A DNA stretch of 64,000 nt from contig NC_043020.1 of the NCBI RefSeq assembly GCF_006345805.1, positions 28,768,001 to 28,832,000 on the forward strand, written 5' to 3'. Shown here piece after piece: positions 37,544 through 49,557 of the stretch. This stretch comes from Octopus sinensis (lineage: Eukaryota). The notes under the pieces are model-generated. The model searched no databases. It saw nothing but the letters and a program-made list of their open reading frames with translations, and was not told the DNA's origin. The position numbers and the translations under genes are program-made. Position 1 is the first letter of the stretch; every line of letters starts with the position of its first letter.

Positions 37544-39020
37544 CTTCGGTAGCTGAATAGAATTGATTATCACTGTGGAATTGATGTTGGAGTGTAGACA
37601 AGTCAAAGTTATTGTCTGAGTCCACAGAAAAAGGCACATAATTTTGCTCATTTAAGATTCCAATCACATTGGATTCATTGTCATAAGATAAACCATCAAG
37701 TTGGAAATCTGTCATGTCCCAAGACAAAAAGTTATCTATTGGTGATTGCAAGTCCCCTATTGAAGAATCTGGAGTTAAACTTCCAGGCCTCTTTGCACAG
37801 TGGGACCGCGCTTTCTGTAAAGCAGTGTATGCTTGTTCAGATAGAAGCATCTGTCTCTGTAAGTCCGTTGCTTCAGGATTTTCAGGATTAATTCCTGAAC
37901 ATTTAGATTTTAAATTAGAAAGACCAGACATTAAGTCATCCATCTCATCATTTAAATCTTGTATTTCGTCCTCGATGCCGTGGAATCGCAAAACCTCATC
38001 TTTTTCAATTTGTTTTGGTACATCGTTAATTATCTCAAATATAGATGAGTCGATGCTGTCACAGCGCTCGAGGACGATTCCATCTCTTTGACCGTCTGGA
38101 CTGAGACAATCATCTGATGTTATCGATCTGTTGGATTCTGGAGAGACACTTTTACATTCGCGTAACCGTCGCAGCAAGAGCTGTGGAAATTGGTCAAGAC
38201 TGGCTGAGTGACAGAGCGGCGACAACAAGTCTTTCTCTTCGTCATCCAAACTCCAGTCTCGTCTGGAAGGAGGGCTCAAGCTCTTTGATGAGAATGATAA
38301 CTCACTAAAGATGCTGTTGTCATTGTCATCATCAGGAGACTCTCTAAGGTTATAGTTCAAATAATTCTTTGTACTTCCGGAACTATCGTCCTCTTTGTCA
38401 GAATCAACTTCTAACAATTTTGTCTTTTTTATTAGAGGTTGATAAGGTGAGGAAGGAGAGTCCTCTTCTGATGGTGGAGTCAGCAAAACACTGCTTTCTT
38501 TCAAGTTTTTACTAATATTAACCTTGTCATTGTGAGGATTCTTTGGTGATGGGTTGTCTTTATTTGGGGATTTATTTGTACTTCTGGTCTTTTCAGATTG
38601 GTCAGTGTCATTTTCAATCACCAGGTTTCGTTCCCGCAGTGACCGTGGGCTGTAATTACCCACCAACGATGATGTGAATGATTGTGGACATGAACTGATG
38701 CTGCAGTCATCGTCCTGGGACTGGTGCCCACCACCACTGGCAGCTTCTAACCATCTTTCGTCGGTCAGAAGCAATTTCATGTCGGAATCAACAGTAGAAT
38801 TTTCAGGTTTGCAGCAGTCTTTTGAAGGAGTAATTGGTCCCAACTTGCGGTGCCTAACTGGGGTCTCTGATATATGTACAGCTTCTTGGTTTGATATTTC
38901 TTTACGAGAATCTAAGAGAAAGCTAACTCCCGTGTCGGGAGCGTAGTGAGCAGCTGGTAAGTCATGGCTGGAGTAACCATGACCCATTTCTTCCTTGTGA
39001 AAAACACTGTCAACAGATTC
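37544..39020 (-). CDS. OTULIN: OTULIN-family gene, large N-terminal-extension exon (492 codons + 1 nt, ESVDSV...FYSATE/G)
   Basis: 1477-nt open frame inside ORF 37536..39080. Acceptor ttttctcttttcag at 39021, donor GAAG|gtgagt at 37543. Phase-1 end matches the phase-1 start of exon 25654. The exon has no recognisable domain, so linkage rests on splice phase and position. Confidence 0.8.
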
Positions 39021-39189
39021 CTGAAAAGAGAAAAGAAAAAAATACAAATCAGTTTTGTCAGAGATTATTTTTGTCTGCAATTCTTATAACCAATCCTTAC
39101 TGCAAATTTCCTTGGATTTTCTGTCCATTTTAACCATCCATTTGGGCCATTTTACTGTTCTTACAAGTTTTATATTGTCCACATGCCTC

Positions 39190-39590
39190 TCTCCATAAGG
39201 TTAAGTCCTTGTTTGTTGTGTGGGGGCTTGCAGGCTTCAATGACCTTGAGAGCTTTCCCAGCAGAGCACAAGCTCCTGTTTGGAGTCTTCCCCCCACCAA
39301 TGCCGATAGAGGTGAGACTAATGTGGACCACTTTTTCCCAGGGGTAAAAACAAGTTCGTATAGGGCCAACACTCCTACCTTGTAAAAAGCAAAGTTACGG
39401 AAGCATCAAAGACAATTCAAAACCAACAAAATCTGGAAGGCCATTCTTCAGGGAAACATTAGAGGCAGGATAATGTGGAAGAGTTGAAGACACAGGGATC
39501 CGTCTGGAGAGAAGTAGAAAAGACCGTCCAGAGTTAAAAACAATGGAAAGGAAAATTGTCAATGACCTCTGCTCCATAGGTAGCAAAAGT
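39190..39590 (+). mobile_element. Probable internally deleted RTE-like retroelement
   Basis: 3' part reads EELKTQGSVWREVEKTVQS*KQW / RKIVNDLCSIG, resembling RTE ORF C-termini; 5' part unassigned. Confidence 0.45.
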
Positions 39591-40160
39591 ACTGGGGTCA
39601 ATGTAATTGACTTAACCTTTCTCCTGAAATTGCTGGCCTTGTGCCAAAATTTGAAACCCCTTATTATTATTATTATTATTACGAAATGCTTCGTGGTATT
39701 TCATCCGTCTTTATGTTCTGAGTTCAAATTCTGCCAAGGTCAACTTTGCCTTTCATTCTTTTGGGGTTGATGAAATAAGTACCAGTTACGCACTGGGGTC
39801 AATGTAATCGACTGATCCCCCTCCCCTCCAAATTTCAGGCCTTGTGCCAATAGTAGAAAGGAATATTATTATCATCATCATCATTATTGTTATTATTTTT
39901 GGTTGAAATGTGTTTCTATTTTGGCTCATGAAACAATAAAACACAAAAAGAGACCAGAGCCATAACTTCTAAATGATCAGACGCAATCACTTTTCCCTAG
40001 AGAATTTGTGCTGAGTCATTAAATGTGGACAAAAATGCAGATGAAAAAACTTACTTCGACAACAGATAAAGTGAACAATGACAACACGTTTTAATTGCAC
40101 GCACACACACACACGCTCAGTGTGAGTGTGTGTTTATATGTGTGTGTGTATATGTATATA

Positions 40161-40577
40161 CTCTTTACTCTTTTCTCCTTTACTTGTTTCAGTCATTTGA
40201 CTGCGGCCATGCTGGAGCACTGCCTTTAATCGAGCAAATCGACCCCGGGACTTATTCTTTGTAAGCCTAGTACTTATTCTATCGGTCTCTTTTGCCGAAC
40301 CGCTAAGTGACGGGGACATAAACACACCAGCATCGGTTGTCAAGCAATGCTAGGGGGACAAACACAGACACACAAACATATACACACACACTTATATATA
40401 TATATACACATATATACGACAGGCTTCTTTCAGTTTCCGTCTACCAAATCCACTCACAAGGCATTGGTCGGCCCGGGGCTATAGCAGAAGACACTTGCCC
40501 AAGATGCCACGCAGTGGGACTGAACCCAGAACCATGTGGTTGGTCAGCAAGCTACTTACCACACAGACACTCCTGCG

Positions 40578-40580
<3 letters not shown>
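40161..40580 (-). mobile_element. SINE family A, full length
   Basis: Reverse-complement copy of family A. Confidence 0.85.
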
Positions 40581-40617
<37 letters not shown>

Positions 40618-43039
40618 TACACATAAACACACATATATATATGTAAGAATATATATGTGTATGTGTATATATATGTGTGTGTGTGGTGGGGGCAGACACA
40701 GACAGGTAAACCACTGGGAATTGAACCTGGCATCTGTGCTTACACAGCTCTGTACGTACAGATAATTTTAGTCTCGAATATATATTTATAAATTTGTAAA
40801 CAAACCCGAAGGCTGTGAATTATGGAGAAGTGTGATACACAGGTCCTTTTTAACCCCAAAAGCGCTGGGGTTTGCACTTACATAGCATGGACTGCTGAGC
40901 CCATTTTATGAAAATAAGACAACGGTGCACACATGGAAAACAAAAGAATAGTTAAAATATCTTCTTAGTATATAATGGTGGCAAATTTTACATCATCCGA
41001 AAAGTCATTAGTTGAACTATTAGCCCTCTTGCATTCTGGGGGGTATTGGAGCATTTGGGTGACATTAGACCTCAACAAACGACCATCAGTTAAATGCATC
41101 TATCTGGGTCACGATCGTGGCCTGTTGTCCTGTGCCTAATGGCCACAACCGTGGCCTGACATGCTTTACGCGTTAACTATAATTATATATTATTTACAAT
41201 AATCTATGCTCCATTTAAAGTAATTAAACCTAAACAATTAACTGACTTGTTTGGGTTTAGTTGCTTTAAATGGAACCTATATTATTGTAAATAATATATA
41301 ATTATAGTTTTATATATATATGTATGTATATATGTATATACACAATGAGCTTCCATACAGTTTCTGTCTCCCAAGGCATTGGGCAGCCCAACGTTAAGTA
41401 GAAGAGTTGCTGAAGGTGCCACACAATGGTTTTGAACTCAAAACTTCTTAACTATACAATAATGCTTGTACATTGTGTGTGTGTGTATGTGTGTGTAGAA
41501 AGCATAAAGTCAAGTGTGAGGTGTATAATCTTAACACTAACTTGTTCTCCAAATATCTGACGAGCCACATTAATTGTGTGAGCCTTTGAAACCTTAAGTT
41601 GTACGGAGCTGAGTCAAACCGTTATTAAATAATATATGTAATTCCTACCAAAAGCATTGAGTGCCATTTTCTTCTGTTTGTTCACAAATATTTCTGAACA
41701 TATTGTATGTTCAGAAAAAAATACACCTACATTTTAACTGGATTGCCAAAACATATATAGAAATTGTTGTATTTAGGAATGGTCATTTTGCCAGTTGAGC
41801 CACACACGATTTCACATCAAAAATCGTGCAAAACAAATATATAAACGTAATATATAGAAATTATTTTTCCGCATATGACAATTTGAAAGAGATACAAGCC
41901 ATTTTACAGATGTTTGAGAAGATGATGGAAGAATGTCATTGAGAGAAGGGAAGGATGGGAGAGAGTGCCATCCCGTCAAAATATGTGATGTAATTGAGAG
42001 CGCACACAGAGAAGATATGAAGACAAGAGATTCCAACCAAAAATGGGACAATACAATTTTGGCGACGAACATTCTTGTTACATTTTTTTACAAAATCGCT
42101 AAAGTGTTACTGGGTTCTTATTAACGATAGAATTCTCTGCTGTTGTTGATGGTTGAATATAAATACCCCCGCCACACACAGATTTCCCATTGTTTTATTA
42201 ATGTATGCATGCCATGGATTTTAGAGTTTATCGAAACGTATTTCCGAAGCAAGGATTGTCGGAGAACAGAAACGACTCGACTGGAATCTATGACGCACAT
42301 TATTATTTAGTTCGAGGTCAGCTCCGATCCAGCAGACCAACTAATCTATTGTCAAAGGCGTCCCAAACATGACGGTCCCCTCTCTCTCTCTCTCTTTTTT
42401 TTTTTGTCTTTTCAGTCACCGTGCATGTAAGACTTCGCATTACCTAATACGTTCTTCCTTTATATATTTTTTTAATACATTATAAATTAAAAGATTCAGT
42501 TCGGCTGCTATTTCTAACAGATCAAACGACCGAGTAAAGAGCCGGGCCCGGTTTCGGATTAGGTACATTATTATACTTCATGGAAAAACCAAAAACCAAA
42601 AAAACCTAGTTTTTTTTCCTTTAGTTTTTAGTATTTCTTTATTTCATAATAATAATAATTAGAAAATTACAATTCTGTGTGTGTAGGGGTTCCCAAAATG
42701 TCCATGCAGCTCCTGGTAATATTGTCTTATCTCCTGAGACGGCTGGACGGGCACCAGTTCCGAAATTCCGCCGCCACTGCTGCGTCGTTTTGTTTTGTGC
42801 GAAGTTTTATTTATTATATAATAATGAAATAAGGCGGGTGAGGAGATAATGTTGCGAGGAATAAGCTATGACACATCTTTGTGTGTGTGTCTGTATGTAT
42901 GTGTGTATATATGCCGCGAGATCTCGACTGGGATTGACACAGAATATGTTATGTGGGCAGAGGTTGTACAATAACAAAAGAAGAACATGTCAGTCAACAA
43001 AGAACTGGAAGAGAGGAATTAGAAGGTCGCACGCGCGAG

Positions 43040-43259
43040 AGAGAGAGAGAAAGAGAGAGAGACAAAGAGAGAGAAAAAAGAGAGAGAGAAAAAGAGAGAC
43101 AGAGAAAGAAAGAGTGTGTGTGCGTATGTGTGTGGGAAACGAAAATTATGATATATGCAGTGTGTGTGTGTGCGTGCGCTGTGTGTATATGTGTGTGCGT
43201 CCTGTATATATATATATGTGTGTGTGTGCTGTGTATATGTGTGTGTGTGTGTGTGCGTC

Positions 43260-43302
<43 letters not shown>

Positions 43303-44326
43303 TGTGTGTGCGTACGCGTGCTGTGTATATGTGTGTGTGTGTGCGTGTGATGGGTGCATTAAGGATGTGTGGTACGAGCGGTGCGCGTGTTTAATTAGAT
43401 GAGAGAATAACAAATGAATGCTAATTTAAAATGGGAAACTCAGTGTGTGATAAACGGGGACTGATAAACGAGATAAGTAAATGAATAATGGATGAGAAGA
43501 GGTAAATTCTTACAGACGAAGTGAACTTTGTTGAGTTGTGTGGTAAATAGATTAGAAGAAGAGGATGTTGAGAAATACAAAGGCAGAGAAGGGGTGATAA
43601 GTAATGGCATGCGTAATTGTATGTAGTATGTTATGCATATGCCCCTATCTATGTCTATCTATCTATCTATCTATCTACCTACCCACCTATCTACCTACCT
43701 ACTTATCTATCTATCTATCAGTCTATGTATGTATGTATGTATGTATGATCTATCTATCTATCTATCTATCTACTTACCTACCTATCTATCTATCTATCTA
43801 TCTATCTACCTACCTATCTATATCTAACTATCTATCTAACGAACCAATAAAGGGTGTGTTATCAGGATTAAAGATAATAAAAAACCCAAATAAAACGATG
43901 CGTAATATACAAATTCAAGTGAATAAATGAGATGGTTACAGTAGAATTGATGTACGATGTAAGGAAGAGACAAATATATTAGAGAAAATGGCCAAAGTGA
44001 CGTATAATATATATTTCTCCAATGTTTCTTTGTAAGAACAAGGTTTTCATACATGGAATGAAAGTATTGACGACTCCAATAAGCAGAGTGTAGCCTATTA
44101 TTGCTGGCTACTTTACAGCGTCAATTATCTTTCGATATCCTTGGTGATTGATCATGGTCACTCGAATGTAATTATTATTTGTTATAGGATCGAAGTAGGA
44201 TTCATTCTAAAAAAATTATTCACCAACACACACACAATTGGCGATGATCACGCATATATTATAAATGGTAATATATATATATATATACATATATATAAAT
44301 ACATACATACATATATATATATAAAT

Positions 44327-44362
<36 letters not shown>

Positions 44363-44469
44363 TATATATATATATATAATATATATATATATAGTGATAC
44401 GTATATACATACATACATACATATAATATATATATATATGGTGATACATATATACATATACATACATAC

Positions 44470-44536
<67 letters not shown>

Positions 44537-44560
44537 TGATACATATATACACATCTGTAA
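43040..44560. repeat. Microsatellite-rich block: (AG)n, (TG/TA)n, (ATCT/ACCT)n, (TA/TACA)n
   Basis: Directly visible. Similar blocks at 290-525, 4870-5180, 8930-9220, 18370-18450, 32530-32600 ((AAT)n), 51090-51715. Confidence 0.95.
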
Positions 44561-45956
44561 TGGTGATAAACAACTTTCGTCAAGATTATATTATTTAAAT
44601 ATAAAAGAAAGTTACAGACGTGCTAATACATACATGAGGTAGTGTTTAGGTGTGGTCAGCTAATTCCCATGAATCGTAAGAAATTTCATTCCGTTTGTCT
44701 TTTTTTTTCACACATTTTACAAATGTTGCTCTTCTCCTTCTCTACACGATCAGCCTGTCCGATCAGCTGAAAATTTCCGCCCAAAATCACGAAAGCTAGT
44801 CTAGAGCACCAGCCAGGCAACAAGAGAGGAGCCTTGCTATTCACTTCCATAACAGCTCTCACCACCACTATTCAACTGCTACAAGCATAGGCTTACAACA
44901 ACAATTCACCAAAGAAAGCCACACCTCCAACTAGTTATACCAACACCAACAGCACCGTCGCTATTTTCCAGTTATGGTACCAGTTACCAAATGCCACATA
45001 TGGCCAAAGGACTACGGCAAATGACCACTGTCAATTCTACTCCATCTGTTAAACTGTCACCACCGCAACGACCACCAACTCGTCTCCTGTGTCTGTTACC
45101 AATACCAAATCCAGTAGAGACAGCCAGAGAAGATATAAGTCAACAAATGAGGATACAGTAAGACTTAGTTGCACTTTCGTCTACTAATATCACAATGAAA
45201 GCCACCAGAATCTCTTGGTCAGCTTATGGTAACAGTTACCAAGTGTTACATATGGCCCGAAGCACTGTCAATAACCACAACGGCCACTATATAGTCTTGC
45301 TGTCACTTGTATCCAACTACCACCACAACCACAAGCAAGCACCATCAACACCGTTCCTGTGTCTGTTACCAATACCACAACCAACACAGCCAGTCAGAGA
45401 GGATACCAAGTCAACAACTAGGCTGCAGTAAAAACTTAGCTGAGTCAACGGCGCTGGGATGATGGTGTCGGGGGCTGTTGCTACAGCAGGATGGATGAAA
45501 TGGGGTTGCGTTTGTTGGTCGGTTGCTACAGCAAATCTGATAGCTGTCTTCCTTTCTTTTTTTCCTTCCCTAAAACTTCATAAGTGGTACTAATTGTGTT
45601 AATTGTACTATTCGTGATTGTGGTGACAATGGTGAGTGCTGGAGTGTCACGGTATCAGCTGCTATGCTAATGAGCAAAGAGGGGTCTTGTGCCTCTCTCA
45701 ACGAACGAATATTAATGAGCAAAAGACAACGAACTGATGCCAGACGGTTATCAAATTCCACTATCTCCCCCAAAATTCCTGAGCTGGGTCAACGCAGTCC
45801 TAAACCTCAACAGCAATATCAAGTCGGACGAAGGAGGGGGAGGATCCCTATATCGGCGATTCGAACCGGTTAGAAATAACAGCGAAATCACCCTCAAATG
45901 AAATCCTTGTATATAAAAAAACAACAACAATCCCAAAACACGGAAAGAGATGTACG

Positions 45957-45997
<41 letters not shown>

Positions 45998-46989
45998 GCA
46001 TTATGTTTTGGAAAGAAAGAGGGGATAGCCGTAATAGGTATTGTTCAATTAAAGCAAATTTTGGGTTCAAGAATAATAATAGCAACGACGATGATGATAA
46101 TAACAACAATAACAACGTGAACCATAACAACAAGCAAACTGGTTCACTCATACAAATCATTAACAATGGAGGGGAAATATATATTTGTGATTATATAAAT
46201 ATATATATCTAAAGCAGGCATGAGCAACCATTTTCGAGAAGCGGGCCGCAGTTTTCCCTCCTGACTTCAGATTCTAAAGCTTCGTGACCCAAAACACAAC
46301 TGGTTATGTGAACTTAAACAAATGTGAGTCAAGTCATCTGTCTATTGTTTAGAAGGCAATTTTCTCAAGGAAGCGTCGAAATCTGTTCTAAAGACGGGTA
46401 GACTTTAATTTATCACAACACGACGAAAACATCTTAATGAAATAAGGACCTTGAGTCGAATGCCTTCTAGATTGATTATGTAATAAATACATTACCTAAC
46501 TGACGAGAACCATCGCTATAAAATTGACCTATCTCAATACACTCCCCCTACACACATACACGGGGTACACCTGGTGATCAGCTATTCAATCATTGTCACC
46601 ATTTAACGTCTGTATTCCATGCTAGCATGGATCGGACAGTTTGGCAGGATCCAACTAGCCTGAGGGCTTGATAACGCTGCAGAGATTTAGGACTGTGTTG
46701 ACTGGATCCCAGTGTCTGCTTTGGAATGGTTTCTATGATGGATGTCCTTCCCAACGCCAACCACTTGACAGAGTGTGTGTGTTTATATATATATACTACA
46801 CTATTATTATAGTCTAATGATAGCCAAATTCCAAACTGCCAAATGGTTTCATGCCATTCACCCATTTCTGATGATTGCTGGATTTATCTCTCACTTCTAG
46901 CATGAAACCACTTGGTAATTTAGCAACCATGGGGCTATGATATTGTACAAATCATAGTAATAATGATAGACCCACTATGTTATCTCATT

Positions 46990-47281
46990 TGCCAGGGACT
47001 GACAAAAGTATCATTGAAGACACAGCATAGAAGGGTGAGGCTAGCTGGACACTGCATCAGACCCACCGATGAAATTGTTAGCAAGCTAGTGCTCTAGCAA
47101 CCAACCGAAGGAAGAACCAGGAGAGGAAGGAGGAAGACGACCTATATCGACAACTTGCTGGAGGATACTGGTATGGAAGGGGTACAGGAGCAGAGGACCA
47201 TTATGGAAGATTGAGACGAATGGGGAAAATGTGTCGAAACAGTCTTGGGATGTCCTGAGGGACGACCTAGATAGATAGATG
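46990..47281 (+). mobile_element. RTE-clade LINE 3' fragment
   Basis: LTKVSLKTQHRRVRLAGHCIR..IVSKLVL*QPTEGRTRRGRRKTTYIDNLLEDTG..MED*DEW...GRPR*, followed by a (TAGA)n tail. Confidence 0.8.
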
Positions 47282-47876
47282 ATCTCAAGGCACTGAACTT
47301 TAAAAAGGAGATGACAAAGGACTGAGATATCCGGCGCAACGCTGTTCTCAAGAAGACCTGACCACCACAGCAGAATTGGTGCTGGTGCTGGTGCTATGTA
47401 AAAAGCACTCATGATGGTACCCCATTAATAGCTCCCAATAGACTCAGTGGAGTGGTTGGCATTAGGAAGGGCATCCAGCCATAGAAATCATATCAGAACA
47501 AACAATGGGGCTTGGTGCAGCCCCTGGTCTCACCAGTTCCAGTCGAACCATTGAAACCATGCCAGCATGAAAAATGGATGTTAAATGATGATGATGATGA
47601 TGAGTGCCTCTGTCTTTCTGTGTCATGGAATTTTGAAGAACTACTACTACTACTACTACTATTATTAAGATGGTGAACTGGCAGAAATGTTAGCATGCTG
47701 GGTGAAACGCTTAGCAGTATTTCCTCTGCCGCTATGTTCTGAGTTCAAATTCCACCAAGGTTGACTTTGCCTTTCATCCTTTTGGGAGCAGTTAAATAAG
47801 TACCAGTAATGCACTGGAGTTGATGTAATTGACTTACCCCCTCCCCGCAAATTTCAGGCCTTGTGCCTATAATAGA

Positions 47877-47914
<38 letters not shown>

Positions 47915-49043
47915 GTGAAAATCTCATCGTGTTATGTGTGGGTGTCTTTGTGTTCATCCCCCGCCACAACTTAACAGCCAGTGTTGGTTTATTTTCATCC
48001 TTATAACTTGGTGGTTTGGCAAATGAGAATGACAGTAAGCACCAGACTTATAAAAAAAAAAAATAGCAGAGGTCGATTTAAGGTGGCGTTCCAGCATGGC
48101 TGCAGTCCAATGACTGAAACCTGTAGAAGAGTTAAAAAAAGAATAACACGCACTCACATGCTGTCACGTGTAATGCTCTCACGTACATGCATGACGTAGG
48201 AGGAACAATGAGTGTATTCTTTTGATGGACATGGAAACAATCAAGGGAAGTTTGGCTAAGTGGTGGCCATTGATGGAACGATAGATTCAAGAGTAGGATA
48301 AAGGTCAAATACAATATTTCTGGGTTAAGTATTTTCATTCAGGTGACGATTGATAATCTACCTAAGTATTATTTTTTACTGGAAACTTGGGAAGGAAGGT
48401 TTTATAGTTGCCATTCCCTGATTATTCTGTGACCCCTGATTATTTCTGCTGATCCGATATGTGACAAGCAGTGACATAGCTTGGGTAAACTGTGCCCAGA
48501 GCAAGCCAAAAAAATGCGCCCTGCCCATCCCCTCATTACAGAATCCACAATATTATATAGTACTTATTTGTTTACTCATACTGATCGTGTGTGTGTGTGT
48601 TGGTGAATAATTTTTAGAATGAATCCTGCTTCGATCCTATAACAATACTGATCGTGTAGAGAAGAAGAGCAACATTTTTAAAATGTGTGAAAAGAAAAAA
48701 GACAAACGGAATGAAATTTCTTACGATTAATGGGAATTAGCTGACCACACCTCCTTACAATAATTAATGTTTAAAAGCAATATTTTAGGAATTAATATTT
48801 TATCAGGGTTCGTTTACCTGCCGGTTTGGTACAGCCTATAATTCAAAACATATTTTTTTAATGTTTACCTTTACGAAACCTCCTTATTTTAGCCGTTTAA
48901 TGCACCAGCTTCCCCAATTTCAGTATAAATATTCTGACCTATGGAGGATCAACAAGTGGCTGAATCATTAGGGTACCAGACAACGGGACAAAGGGTCAAC
49001 AGCTAATATTCTTCCTACATCAACCAAATGATATACAGAGGCC

Positions 49044-49208
49044 CAGTGGTGTAGCTGGAGAGTGTGCAGTACCCAGGGTAGCCCTGGAGCTGGACCTACC
49101 AGCTCCCATTCCTATACAAGCTTATATATTTGACCAAAAAATGCTGCCTGCAATATAGCATCACCTAAGGTAAACCAGTTCTTTGTCCCACTCCCTGCTA
49201 TGCTGCTG
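49044..49208. mobile_element. hAT-type MITE (165 bp)
   Basis: TSD CAGAGGCC/CAGGGGCC (7 of 8), termini cagtggtgtagc / gctatgctgctg; similar to the reverse complement of 10930-11090. Confidence 0.7.
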
Positions 49209-49557
49209 CAGGGGCCACAAAGAAAAGCTCCTGTGAATGGCAAAAGGCTTACAGACTACATTAGATGTTAACCTTTTTGTTACTGTATTTATTTTGAGAT
49301 CGTGGCCGATGCCAGACCCCTCTGGCACCTGTGCAGGTGGCACGTAAAAAGCACCCACTACACTCGTGGAGTGGTTGGCGTTAGGAAGGGCATCCAGCTG
49401 TAGAAACACTGCCAGATCAGACTGGAGCCTGGGGCAGCCCCTGGCTCCCCAGACCCCGGTCGAACCGTCCAACCCCTGCTAGCGCGGAAAACGGACGTTA
49501 AACGATGATGATGATGATGCTCTGTATTGGTTTGGTAAACTATACCAAATAGTTTGT

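Noticed and set aside
37714-38946. Plus-strand ORFs overlapping the large exon
   Set aside because: Antisense shadows of the long minus-strand reading frame.
41812-42072. Hydrophobic minus ORF as a FAM105A-like membrane anchor exon
   Set aside because: The hydrophobicity reflects pyrimidine-rich composition; no suitable phase-0 donor.
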